A stretch of DNA of 64,000 bases. Origin: Victivallales bacterium. Its GTDB lineage: Bacteria > Verrucomicrobiota > Lentisphaeria > Oligosphaerales > Oligosphaeraceae. The stretch lies in assembly GCA_017548425.1 (NCBI GenBank), contig JAFZAB010000167.1, positions 2,202-66,201 of the forward strand, given 5' to 3'. Position numbers and translations under genes: made by a program. Below, one piece after another: positions 8,142 to 17,110 of this stretch. The notes beneath the pieces were generated by a model. It made no database searches. It was given only the letters and a program-made list of their open reading frames with translations, and was not told the DNA's origin. Numbering within the stretch: the first letter of the stretch is position 1; each line of letters opens with the position of its first letter.

Positions 8142-9752
8142 TTAATTCTTTTTCGCGTACGCCTTGAAATTCGCCAACGCGGTAGCCGCGTCAACTTCGC
8201 CACTGACGCCCTGGATAATATCTTCTTCATACATGGAATCCGGATCGTCAATACCGCCCAACACGATGAAGTTGTACATCATGATCGCGTCATCATCTGA
8301 AATCGTTCCATTTCCATCATAATCCAAGAAAGCGGCAAGAGACCTCAAAACCGCCAACGCAGCGGTGGCATCAACTTCACCCGTGACGCCTTGGATGATG
8401 TCGTCTTCGTACATTGACATAGGATCGTCAACACCGCCCAACACGATGAAATTGTACATCATAATGGCATCGTCTTCCGTGATTTCGCCATTGCCGTCAA
8501 TATCCAGCGTGCCGCCGCTCAGAATCGTCATATAGACGGATTCCATTTCAATTTCTTCGCCATTGGCGGGGGTGATGGACGGCACCACGTCGCCGGCATC
8601 GCACTTGCCCGTCAACGTCGCCTTTACCTTTAAATAAATAGTAGCGGACGTCGCCGTGTAAACGGCACCGTCTTCCGGCAGATCAAGATAACTGCCGGCT
8701 CCGTCTTCGCTGTTGGTAAAATAATATTGGACGGCGTAGGCATCCGCATCGGGAGTAAACTTCGGCGTTCTGACTTTCAACGTCAAGGCTTTGCCGACCG
8801 TCGCGTTGTCCAATTCGATCTTGTATGTCAGAACCGTGCCTGCGTATCCCTCTTCGTCCGGATCGACCGCGACAACCGGGCCGCTGTATGTCGTGCCCGT
8901 GGCGGCATCCGTTTTCTTCACAAGAGACGTCATCAGGCTGTCCGTGACATCCACGAAAACAATCGCCTTTTCTGACGTACGCGTCCCATCCGTGAACCAA
9001 TAGTTGAAACGGATCTGATCGACGTTTGTCATCTTCGACATGGTCAGTGTCTTAGTACCCGCATTGAATTTTCCGTAAGTACCGTCCAATGCATTATATA
9101 CAGTCGTTCCGGCTTCGACGGAACGCGAGAAGGCGAGCACGTTGGAATCACCCTTGAGGGAACAACCTTCGGGAATGTCGAAATCAATGACAAGCGACGT
9201 CGTGCCGCGGCGCATCTGGACCTGTTTAACAGGCGGTGTCCCAAGAGCCTTCGTCGTCGAAGCGGTCTTCCGATAGTCAATCAGATAGGTTGTATTCGCC
9301 TTCGCATCGAGCACCATGCCATCCGTCCACTCAACGGCTTCGTCTTCCGCTCCTTCGGGATAGATTTTCAGAACGGCACCTGCCGGAACGGAGCCGGCGG
9401 CCAGCACGAACGTAATTTTCATGCTATCGCGCACATACAGTTGCCACAACGCGGCATCCGCATCCACCTTGATGTATTCACCGAGCTTGCTGAAGACATC
9501 GTCATTGCCGGTCGTGCTGACTGTGATGTCGCCAGGGCCTTCAAACCAGGCGAAATTCGGCACAACGGCTACAGGAGGCAACGGCACAAGATCGTTCGCG
9601 CTGCCCAAACCGAATCTCAAATGATACTCATTCAGATTCCATTCAGCGGGAGCCGTTCCAGTGTAATACAGATTCATGGAGAACTGCGCGGCATTCACCG
9701 CCAGCAGCCCGAACAACAACATTGCAACAAGCGTCAATTTGCGTCTGTTCAT
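8142..9752 (-). CDS. Secreted protein with C-terminal duplicated dockerin/EF-hand-type calcium-loop module
   Basis: 536-aa ORF with an AGAGGAAA box upstream and a signal peptide (MNRRKLTLVAMLLFGLLAVNAAQF). The C-terminus carries DIDGNGEITEDD and DYDGNGTISDDD loops, each followed by AIMMYNFIVLGG. Confidence 0.75.
   Translation of the reverse strand: MNRRKLTLVAMLLFGLLAVNAAQFSMNLYYTGTAPAEWNLNEYHLRFGLGSANDLVPLPPVAVVPNFAWFEGPGDITVSTTGNDDVFSKLGEYIKVDADAALWQLYVRDSMKITFVLAAGSVPAGAVLKIYPEGAEDEAVEWTDGMVLDAKANTTYLIDYRKTASTTKALGTPPVKQVQMRRGTTSLVIDFDIPEGCSLKGDSNVLAFSRSVEAGTTVYNALDGTYGKFNAGTKTLTMSKMTNVDQIRFNYWFTDGTRTSEKAIVFVDVTDSLMTSLVKKTDAATGTTYSGPVVAVDPDEEGYAGTVLTYKIELDNATVGKALTLKVRTPKFTPDADAYAVQYYFTNSEDGAGSYLDLPEDGAVYTATSATIYLKVKATLTGKCDAGDVVPSITPANGEEIEMESVYMTILSGGTLDIDGNGEITEDDAIMMYNFIVLGGVDDPMSMYEDDIIQGVTGEVDATAALAVLRSLAAFLDYDGNGTISDDDAIMMYNFIVLGGIDDPDSMYEEDIIQGVSGEVDAATALANFKAYAKKN
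8145..8504 (-). repeat. Tandem 2 x 180-bp (2 x 60-aa) duplication encoding the two calcium-loop units
   Basis: Units 8145-8324 and 8325-8504. The DNA segments ggatcgtcaa(t/c)accgcccaacacgatgaa(g/a)ttgtacatcat recur with a 180-nt period. Confidence 0.85.
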
Positions 9753-10055
9753 TTACGTTTCCTCTTGATTATAAGATATTAATTACTTGATTATTATTTT
9801 GATTATTGTCTTTTGCCCCCCATGCGGACATGAAGGGCGTAATCGATAAAACACCTACATTAAACCTACATTACTAGAAAATACATAAAATATACGACAA
9901 ACATTATCAACTTGCAACCACAAATGGAAGATTTTCTTTTTGACACGTGATTTTTGTAAAATATCCACAACAGATGGCTGTTTTTTCTTGATTTTTTGTC
10001 CACGACACATTATTATCCCCTTCATGTTATTATTTTTCTTCAAGGAATCATCGAT

Positions 10056-11033
10056 ATGAAGCCAATCAACCAGACGCCGGATCCGCGAAAATTAGAGAAA
10101 AATTGGCAGGAAGGCAAACTGCCCTGCCCCGAATGCGGCCATGACATTCCGCTTTCATCGCTCGAACTCATGAAGTTCAACGAATGCCCGAAATGCCATG
10201 CCCGATTTTTCGCGCCGCAAAAAATCAAAAACTACTATCTCTATGAACCGGCCGGCGGTGGCGGCATGGGCTCCGTCTATAAAGCCGTCTCGCCGCAATA
10301 TCCAGGCCGTCTTCTCGCCGTGAAAATTCTCTCGCGAGACGAACGCTCCAATCCCTCGAACATTCTGGCGTTGTTGAACGAAGCACATGTGTCCGAACAG
10401 TTTAAAGATTCCGAATTCATCGCCGCCTGCCTTGATTCCGGCTATGACAACGACGAATATTTCACCGTCATGGAATTCGTCTCCGGCGAACGGCTCGACA
10501 AACGAATCGCCCGTTTCGGAAAGCTCGGTGAGCAGGAGACCATCGCCATCGCGCTGCATGTCCTTTCCGCGGAACAACATATCTACAAATGCGGCTATCT
10601 TTTCCGCGACCTCAAGCCAGAAAACATCATCATCAACGAAAAAGGCTATGCCATTCTCATTGATTTCGGCCTTTGCATGACGCGCGAACACGCCTTGAAT
10701 CCAGACGAAGAATACGTTTCTGGATCGCCTTATTACATTCCGCCGGAGCGGCTTACGGGAGCTGGGGAAGACGCCTCGTCCGAAATCTATTCGCTCGGCA
10801 TGATCATGTATCAGGCTCTCACGGGAAAGACGTTCTTCGACGCGGCGGAAATTGATTCGCTCGCCAAACGGCATTTGTCAAAAGTGCGGCTCTCCGTCGA
10901 ATCGAAGTTGGACGGCATCAATCCCGCACTCGCCAAAATTCTTGCCAAAATGATCGCGCAGCATCGGGAAGACCGTCCGTCATCCTTTGCGGAGGTCTTC
11001 GGGATGCTGCAACCGCTGCTGGAAGCAAAATAA
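10056..11033 (+). CDS. Ser/Thr protein kinase (Hanks type) with N-terminal zinc ribbon
   Basis: Motifs CPECG...CPKCH, GGGGMGSVYKA, AVKIL, FRDLKPENIII, DFG and SPYYIPPE. Start placed at ATG 10056 (AAGGAA upstream) rather than the alternative start at 9996 in the track. Confidence 0.8.
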   Translation: MKPINQTPDPRKLEKNWQEGKLPCPECGHDIPLSSLELMKFNECPKCHARFFAPQKIKNYYLYEPAGGGGMGSVYKAVSPQYPGRLLAVKILSRDERSNPSNILALLNEAHVSEQFKDSEFIAACLDSGYDNDEYFTVMEFVSGERLDKRIARFGKLGEQETIAIALHVLSAEQHIYKCGYLFRDLKPENIIINEKGYAILIDFGLCMTREHALNPDEEYVSGSPYYIPPERLTGAGEDASSEIYSLGMIMYQALTGKTFFDAAEIDSLAKRHLSKVRLSVESKLDGINPALAKILAKMIAQHREDRPSSFAEVFGMLQPLLEAK

Positions 11034-11051
11034 TCTTTAAGGCATTCAACC

Positions 11052-12236
11052 TTAAGCTTCTGCGAGAGAAGCCGCTATGATTTCCAATCCGGCATCGATC
11101 TTATCAGCCGTGATATTCAACGGCGGCATCAGACGCAGGACCGATTCGCCGGCCGTGAGAACCAACAGGCCTTTCGCCTTGCAGGCGGCCGTCACCTTCG
11201 ACAGACGTTCCTTCGTATCCAGTTCGACACCGATCATCAAGCCGTAGCCGCGCACGTCGCGAACGAAATCGAATTTCTTCCGCAAACCATTCAGTTCGTT
11301 GAAGAAACGCCATGACTGATTCCGCACGTTGTCGATGATATTCTCTTCCTGCATGATATTGAACACTTCGCAGGCGACCGCCGAAATCAGCGGATTGCCG
11401 CCGAATGTCGTGCCATGGTTGCCCGGCTGCAGCACATCGCCATATTCCTGACGAACTTCGAAAACGCCCATCGGCAGACCGTTCGCGATGGCTTTCGCGA
11501 TTGTCATCGCGTCAGGCTTCACGCCAAACCGCTCATAGGCGAAATACGTTCCCGTACGCGCCATGCCGCACTGGACTTCGTCCAAAAGAAGCAGCAAGTT
11601 ATTCTCATCACACAACTTACGGACACCGCAGATGAAATCGCGCGTCACAGGCAGAACGCCGCCTTCGCCCTGCACAGGCTCCAGCATCACGGCGACCGTC
11701 TTGTCCGTAATCAGTTTCTTCACAGAATCCAAATCGTTCAAATTGGCGAATGAAAAGCCCTGCATGTCCGGGCCGAAACCTTCGCGATATTTCGTCCGGC
11801 CAGTCGCCGCCAACGTGCCCAACGTCCGTCCGTGGAAGGAATTATCCATGCAGATGATTTCGTTGCGGCCACCATTCAGCCAGCCCCACTTGCGGGCGAA
11901 TTTGATCATCCCTTCATTCGCTTCAGCACCGGAATTGCCGAAAAAGCAACGTCCTCCAAAGGAATGCTCGGCGATTTTCTGCGCCAAAACAGGCGTGTAT
12001 TCGTTGATGTAGTAGTTGGAGCAATGGACGAGTTTCGCCGCCTGCTCGGCGATGACTTTCGTCAACCGCGGATGGCAATGTCCTAGATTGCAAACAGATA
12101 TGCCAGACGTGAAGTCAAGATACTTATTCCCTTCGCCGTCCCAGATATACGGGCCTTCGCCACGCGTCACGACCATGTTCCGATTGTATGTATGAAGAAC
12201 ATGCGCTTTTTCCAAATTCAAAAGAGACTCTGTCAT
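11052..12236 (-). CDS. argD: Acetylornithine aminotransferase (class III PLP aminotransferase)
   Basis: Motifs GISVCNLGHCHP, FFGNSGAEANE, SFHGRT, DEVQCGMARTG and the PLP-lysine context MTIAKAIANGLP. Confidence 0.75.
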   Translation of the reverse strand: MTESLLNLEKAHVLHTYNRNMVVTRGEGPYIWDGEGNKYLDFTSGISVCNLGHCHPRLTKVIAEQAAKLVHCSNYYINEYTPVLAQKIAEHSFGGRCFFGNSGAEANEGMIKFARKWGWLNGGRNEIICMDNSFHGRTLGTLAATGRTKYREGFGPDMQGFSFANLNDLDSVKKLITDKTVAVMLEPVQGEGGVLPVTRDFICGVRKLCDENNLLLLLDEVQCGMARTGTYFAYERFGVKPDAMTIAKAIANGLPMGVFEVRQEYGDVLQPGNHGTTFGGNPLISAVACEVFNIMQEENIIDNVRNQSWRFFNELNGLRKKFDFVRDVRGYGLMIGVELDTKERLSKVTAACKAKGLLVLTAGESVLRLMPPLNITADKIDAGLEIIAASLAEA

Positions 12237-12272
12237 TTTCTTTCCTTATTAATATATGAATAATAATTGCTT

Positions 12273-13091
12273 CTATTTTCCGCCGTTGGACGAGACCGTT
12301 CGGACAATCTCTCGGTCGAAGTAATTGATGGACATGCCGGCGTCCACGACGATGGTCTGTGCATCCACGCCGCTGGATCGCGGCGACAACAGAAACGCCG
12401 CCACGTTCGCGGGCTCCTCCGTCGCCAACGCACTCTTTCGCGGAATTGCCTTCTCCGCATAGAGATACGCATCGATGTAGCCTGGAATTCCTGCCGACGA
12501 CGATGTCTTCAACAGCCCCGGCCCGACGGCGTTCACGCGAACGCATCGTCGTCGTTCCGAAATCAGCGATTTCGCCAGAAACGCCACCGTTGAATCCAAC
12601 GCCGCCTTGACGGGCCCCATGTAGCCGTAGTTCTCCGACGCCATCTTCGTCGTGGAGATGCTGATTGTCACGATGGATGCGTCTTCACTCAACAGCTCTT
12701 TTAGCTGGTTCGTTGTCTCCACGAGCGAAAAGCACGATATTTCAACAGCTTGCAGAAAATCCTTCCGCAATGTCTCATGAAACGGTTTCACGCCTTCCGA
12801 ATAATTCGCGAACGCGATCGAATGGACATATCCATGGACGACGGGAAACACATCCTGCACACGCGCGCCGAACGCCTGAATGTCCGCTTCCTTCTCCACA
12901 TCGCATACAATCGCCTTCGCATCCGCGCCGATCAAGCCGCGATTTTTCTCCAGAAGTTCTTCATCCTTAAAAACATACAGGATGTTCGCGCCATTTTCGC
13001 GAAGCACCTGCGCAATGGCCCACGCCACGCTACGGCGATTCGCCACGCCCATCAACACGATATTCCTATTTTCCAATTGCAGAAATGACAT
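12273..13091 (-). CDS. fabI: Enoyl-ACP reductase (NADH), FabI type
   Basis: N-terminal LMGVANRRSVAWAIAQ, plus Y..MGPVKAAL (the Y-x6-K motif). The ATG at 13091 overlaps the upstream gene's stop (TGATG). Confidence 0.75.
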   Translation of the reverse strand: MSFLQLENRNIVLMGVANRRSVAWAIAQVLRENGANILYVFKDEELLEKNRGLIGADAKAIVCDVEKEADIQAFGARVQDVFPVVHGYVHSIAFANYSEGVKPFHETLRKDFLQAVEISCFSLVETTNQLKELLSEDASIVTISISTTKMASENYGYMGPVKAALDSTVAFLAKSLISERRRCVRVNAVGPGLLKTSSSAGIPGYIDAYLYAEKAIPRKSALATEEPANVAAFLLSPRSSGVDAQTIVVDAGMSINYFDREIVRTVSSNGGK

Positions 13092-14266
13092 CAACGCCCC
13101 GTCTTCGACCCGCTTCTCAGCAGGCCATTGTACAATACCGCCAATTTATCCGCCTGGTTCGACAGACGGAAATCCGTTTTCATGAACTCCACGCCGAAAG
13201 CGGCCCGCTCTTTCGCCCACTCCGGCTCCTCCGCCGTCTTCTCCAACGCCCCCGCCAATGTGTCGATATCGCCTACTTCAAACGTCTGCAGGCAGTTACG
13301 CAAGTCTGGCCGCGGCACATTCGCCAGAATGTTACTGACAATCAACGGAATGCCCGATGTCAAACATTCCAGTAAGACATATGATAGTCCTTCATACAAC
13401 GACGGCAAGACCGCCATGTCAAAGGCCATCAGCAACGACGACAAATCCGGAACGAAGCCAAGAAACCTTACGCGATCGGACACGCCCAGACGGGCGGCCA
13501 ATTCTTCCAGTTCCGATTTCAACGGACCATCGCCACAGAACAGCACCTGCAGGCGGCCGCCCTTCTCCCCATGGCAACGTTCCAATGCCGCAAGTACCTG
13601 CTGCAAGCCTTTTTGCCGCGTCAACCGACATGGCACAACCGCCCATGTCTCATCGAGCGCCAAGCCAAGCCGCTTCCGCGCCTCATCGCGCCCTAGCAGC
13701 GTCTGCCCATAGTTTTCCGGAAGACCATTTTCAATCAAATGAAACTTTTCCGGCGGAAGGCAAAGCAAATTCGCGTCGCTGATTTCCGAACGGCCGACGA
13801 ACACATACGCATTCGTCCGATGCGCCCCCCACTGTTCAATCATGCGAATCGACATCCGCACCCATAACGGAAGGCTCGGATGAACGGCGAACGCATGCGG
13901 CGAATAAATGACTTTCACGCCAGGCAACGCCTTGCAGGCCAGACGGCCCACGAAACCCGCGACGCTTGAATGAAGATGCATCGCCTGAGGACGCACGTCA
14001 CGCAGAACTCCCCGCAACTGCCGCACGGCTCGCCATAGCGACATCACGCCGTTGCGTTCATAGGGAAACGACCAGACCTTGCATCCGTCAACTTGCTCAA
14101 AATGAGCAAGATCCGACGGGAAATCACGGTCATACCGCGCCCCGAACGCAAACACGCCGCAACGAATGCCGCGCCGTGTCAGTTCAGGCAGAATCAATTT
14201 CAGATGGCGCCGCACACCGCCACCGCACGCTTCTACGACATGCAATATGTCCAATTCGTCATTCAT
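13091..14266 (-). CDS. Glycosyltransferase family 4 (GT-B fold)
   Basis: ILHVVEACGGGVRRH N-terminus and an E-x7-E motif (EGLSYVLLECLTSGIPLIVSN). Start placed at ATG 14266 (MNDELDILHVV) rather than the alternative start at 14296. Confidence 0.7.
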   Translation of the reverse strand: MNDELDILHVVEACGGGVRRHLKLILPELTRRGIRCGVFAFGARYDRDFPSDLAHFEQVDGCKVWSFPYERNGVMSLWRAVRQLRGVLRDVRPQAMHLHSSVAGFVGRLACKALPGVKVIYSPHAFAVHPSLPLWVRMSIRMIEQWGAHRTNAYVFVGRSEISDANLLCLPPEKFHLIENGLPENYGQTLLGRDEARKRLGLALDETWAVVPCRLTRQKGLQQVLAALERCHGEKGGRLQVLFCGDGPLKSELEELAARLGVSDRVRFLGFVPDLSSLLMAFDMAVLPSLYEGLSYVLLECLTSGIPLIVSNILANVPRPDLRNCLQTFEVGDIDTLAGALEKTAEEPEWAKERAAFGVEFMKTDFRLSNQADKLAVLYNGLLRSGSKTGR

Positions 14267-14305
14267 AACATATGATATACCATTCGCCGACGGCAAGCCG
14301 TCGGC

Positions 14306-16555
14306 TTATTTTTTCTTCCGCTTCTTCGGCTTCATCCGCTGGGCCGAAGGAGCCTTGACGCGAAGCTTGTCTTCCCGCTTGTCCGTAAACACGCCGCTGA
14401 CATCATGATGACGGCCGCTGGCAACGGCGTCGTTGACAAGCAAATCCGTCACCAAGACACTTGGATGGACATCGGCCATCTCACGAAGAGCCTTGATTTC
14501 ACGATTCACTTTCTCTGCTTCATCCTGCGGAATTTCTCCGCCAAAATGTTCTTTCAATATTTGGCGCAACCGCAGCAGGCTGAGAATCTGCGTGGTCTGA
14601 CCATTCAGATCAAATCCGAAATCCTCCAGATGGTCGCGGAAGAAATTAACATAATAAATTGGTCTCGCCAAGGCACTTGCAGTCGCGAAATCCATGCGTC
14701 CCTGCATTTGGAAGACCAAATACGGGAGGGCCGAATGAAGCATCGCTTTCGCACGATCTGGCTCATCCCGCCGCGCAAAACGCTCGGCGAGAACAGAAAG
14801 CACCCACGAATGCTCGGCGGCCGCCGTCATGCTCGGCCAATCATTCACAATGCCGTAATGGTCGGCCAGAATCGGTCGCGCATCCCGCGCGGCATCCGCC
14901 GCCACGGCCAGACGAGTCAGTTCGACCATGTACTCGCCGCTGTTCCGATAATGGCAGATCAACGCCTCCGCCAACCATGGCGAAAGCGGATATTGTTCAA
15001 TATTCGCACGCTTCAATTCGCCAACCAAATAGTCCAGACTGGAATCCGCCAATTCCATCCACGACATCTCCTTGTAACGCCGCGCGCCACGATAAACCGC
15101 CAACGTCGCCAACGCTTCAGCTTCCAGTCGCGACGTCGGATCCGCCAGACTGGCCAGCTTCACTTCCTCAGACGGAATAATGCGCTGTTGCAGAAAGCCG
15201 CCAAGCGGCTGAGCCTGCCGAGCGACATGATCCGTCAGCAGCCGCAAGTCGTTCAGAAACACTTTGTCAGCCGCATCGCCCATGGCCACGGCCATTTCAT
15301 CCATCGCCAACGCCGCCAGGGCGTTCGTCCGCAAATGGCTGATCTTGCGCGGCACCGCAAGCGAACCTTCCGGAAGCTCTTCGTCCTCCACAATCGTCAG
15401 ACTTTGCCGCCCCGCCCCGTAACGGACAGCTCCCGCGACGACAGGCTTGAACGCCAGTTTCGCCGCTTCCAACCACTGCTTATCGCCAGTATCCGCCGCC
15501 AAACGGCAGTAGGCCAAAACCAATTCGCATTGACTGCCCAAATCTTCACGGCCTTTGTCATCATCCGCAAACCAGTCGGGGAACGGCGCTTTCAACCCGC
15601 CGTTCTTCGCATCCAGACAAGACAGCACGGCTTTTCCGCATTCAACGGCCGCCTGCAGACATCCGTCCGCCGACGGCAACGTCGGATAAGGATGGCCGCG
15701 ATACAACGGCGTCACCGTCTCGCCATCCGTGAAATAGCTGTCCAACTCAAAAAGCGACACCGTCTGCGGTGTTTTCATGGAGCACAGCTCCATCCAATTC
15801 TTCAACAGAAGCAGATTCAGCGTATCCGCAAGGAAATCACCGACTTGCCGCGCAGAAAGGCTGCGTTCCTCCGTCAAAAGACACCGTCCCGTCAACTGCG
15901 ACGGCGTGAAGGCGAAGCCAGCCCGCACATCAAAAGCGAGTCCGACCACACTTCCCAACGCCATCCGCGTCTCCTCCATCTGGAAGCCGTCCGCCTTGCG
16001 AGTAAATTGGACAATCTCCAATTTCAGCCAATTCCACGCTCCCGGATCTTTGTCACGCTCAATCCAGTCTTGGCTGACGGTCGTCCCCTCCGTTTTCATG
16101 TCTTTCTTGTTCTTGTCCGTCACGACGACGCGCCAATTCTTTCCGACGGCGTTCTCCCCGCCTTCGGTTCGAGCCTGTTCAAGCATCGATTTCAACTGGT
16201 TATGCAAGTCTTCGATACGCGATTTCTCCGCGCGGTAAAGATAATCGGCGGCTTTTTCAAGAGCGTCGCGCAACGAATATCCCGTGCCGATATATGTCCG
16301 GCAAGGCCATTTATCTTCGCCAATCGTCAGAAAAACAATGCGCGGCGTAGCATCTTCCGGAGCCAATGCGGCCAACGCCTTCGGCTTCATGCCCTTCTTC
16401 AGCCCCATGTGCAACTCCTTCGCGAGACGCGCGAAATCCTCTCGCGAAACAGAACATGGCCCTTTGATCTGCTCAAACCACACGGGAGCCAGCCCCTGCC
16501 CGAAAACCAATCCGGACAGCGTCAATATCGCAAACAGCAGAAGCGTCTTTTTCAT
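14306..16555 (-). CDS. Secreted protein of unknown function with lysine-rich C-terminal tail
   Basis: 749-aa ORF with a signal peptide (MKKTLLLFAILTLSGLVFGQG). The central and C-terminal parts look helical and repeat-like. The tail is RMKPKKRKKK. I recognised no catalytic motif. Confidence 0.55.
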   Translation of the reverse strand: MKKTLLLFAILTLSGLVFGQGLAPVWFEQIKGPCSVSREDFARLAKELHMGLKKGMKPKALAALAPEDATPRIVFLTIGEDKWPCRTYIGTGYSLRDALEKAADYLYRAEKSRIEDLHNQLKSMLEQARTEGGENAVGKNWRVVVTDKNKKDMKTEGTTVSQDWIERDKDPGAWNWLKLEIVQFTRKADGFQMEETRMALGSVVGLAFDVRAGFAFTPSQLTGRCLLTEERSLSARQVGDFLADTLNLLLLKNWMELCSMKTPQTVSLFELDSYFTDGETVTPLYRGHPYPTLPSADGCLQAAVECGKAVLSCLDAKNGGLKAPFPDWFADDDKGREDLGSQCELVLAYCRLAADTGDKQWLEAAKLAFKPVVAGAVRYGAGRQSLTIVEDEELPEGSLAVPRKISHLRTNALAALAMDEMAVAMGDAADKVFLNDLRLLTDHVARQAQPLGGFLQQRIIPSEEVKLASLADPTSRLEAEALATLAVYRGARRYKEMSWMELADSSLDYLVGELKRANIEQYPLSPWLAEALICHYRNSGEYMVELTRLAVAADAARDARPILADHYGIVNDWPSMTAAAEHSWVLSVLAERFARRDEPDRAKAMLHSALPYLVFQMQGRMDFATASALARPIYYVNFFRDHLEDFGFDLNGQTTQILSLLRLRQILKEHFGGEIPQDEAEKVNREIKALREMADVHPSVLVTDLLVNDAVASGRHHDVSGVFTDKREDKLRVKAPSAQRMKPKKRKKK

Positions 16556-16720
16556 TCTTGAAGGTCCATTGTCATGTCGTCAACCTCCCCTTGACATCAA
16601 TATACTATACCATATATATAAAGAATCACAAATCACCGCCCGACGCTTTCATCGTTTCCCCCGCCGTCCCCAAGCCGACATGATATCATCCTGCAAATAC
16701 AAGCATGAAGATGCAAAAAT

Positions 16721-16750
16721 TTGACAAGTTCCGCACAGGATTTATATTAT
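16721..16750 (+). promoter_or_regulatory. Candidate sigma-70 promoter (TTGACA-N18-TATTAT)
   Basis: Consensus -35 at 16721-16726 and a near-consensus -10 at 16745-16750, about 65 nt upstream of the small ORF that heads the adk cluster. A second TTGACA lies at 16591. Confidence 0.35.
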
Positions 16751-16814
16751 AAGTTTACAAAAAAAAGCGTCTTCACGGAAGACCATGCATCATCTTCACC
16801 ATAGGAGGTTTTGA

Positions 16815-17039
16815 ATGAACGAGGAATATCTGGCCAGAGCACGCGAAAAAGTCGATGACGTCCGTCTCTTCATCAATGGCGTTTCCGCACGCGCGGCGCA
16901 ATTGGCGAAAGGCGCGAAGCGGCTTGTCCCGCTCCCCCCGAACGACGAACAGTCCAACCTCGACATCGCCCTGCTTGAAGTCGCCGAAGGGAAAGTCATC
17001 ATTTCCCGCGCCAGCGAAACGGAAAAAAACAAAAAGTGA
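16815..17039 (+). CDS. Small hypothetical protein (74 aa) heading the adk-map-infA cluster
   Basis: A strong AGGAGG box lies 7 nt upstream of the ATG. I recognised no family. Confidence 0.45.
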   Translation: MNEEYLARAREKVDDVRLFINGVSARAAQLAKGAKRLVPLPPNDEQSNLDIALLEVAEGKVIISRASETEKNKK

Positions 17040-17110
17040 ACCATGCCCGTTAAACGGCACCGCATCAACAATCACCCCTAATACATAAAATAACATCAAA
17101 AGGCATAACC

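Noticed and set aside
9855-10043. 62-aa minus-strand ORF in the kinase/adhesin divergent spacer, and the 120-aa ORF 59023-59385(-) in the AT-rich spacer.
   Set aside because: Both are AT-rich low-complexity translations without ribosome-binding sites. The second overlaps the well-supported start of the beta-helix gene.
16250-16400. AMMECR1-like resemblance in the N-terminal part of the 749-aa secreted protein (PRIVFLTIGEDKWPCRTYIGTG).
   Set aside because: It is a single short pattern match, I cannot verify the other AMMECR1 conserved residues, and the coordinates are approximate. It is too weak to call.
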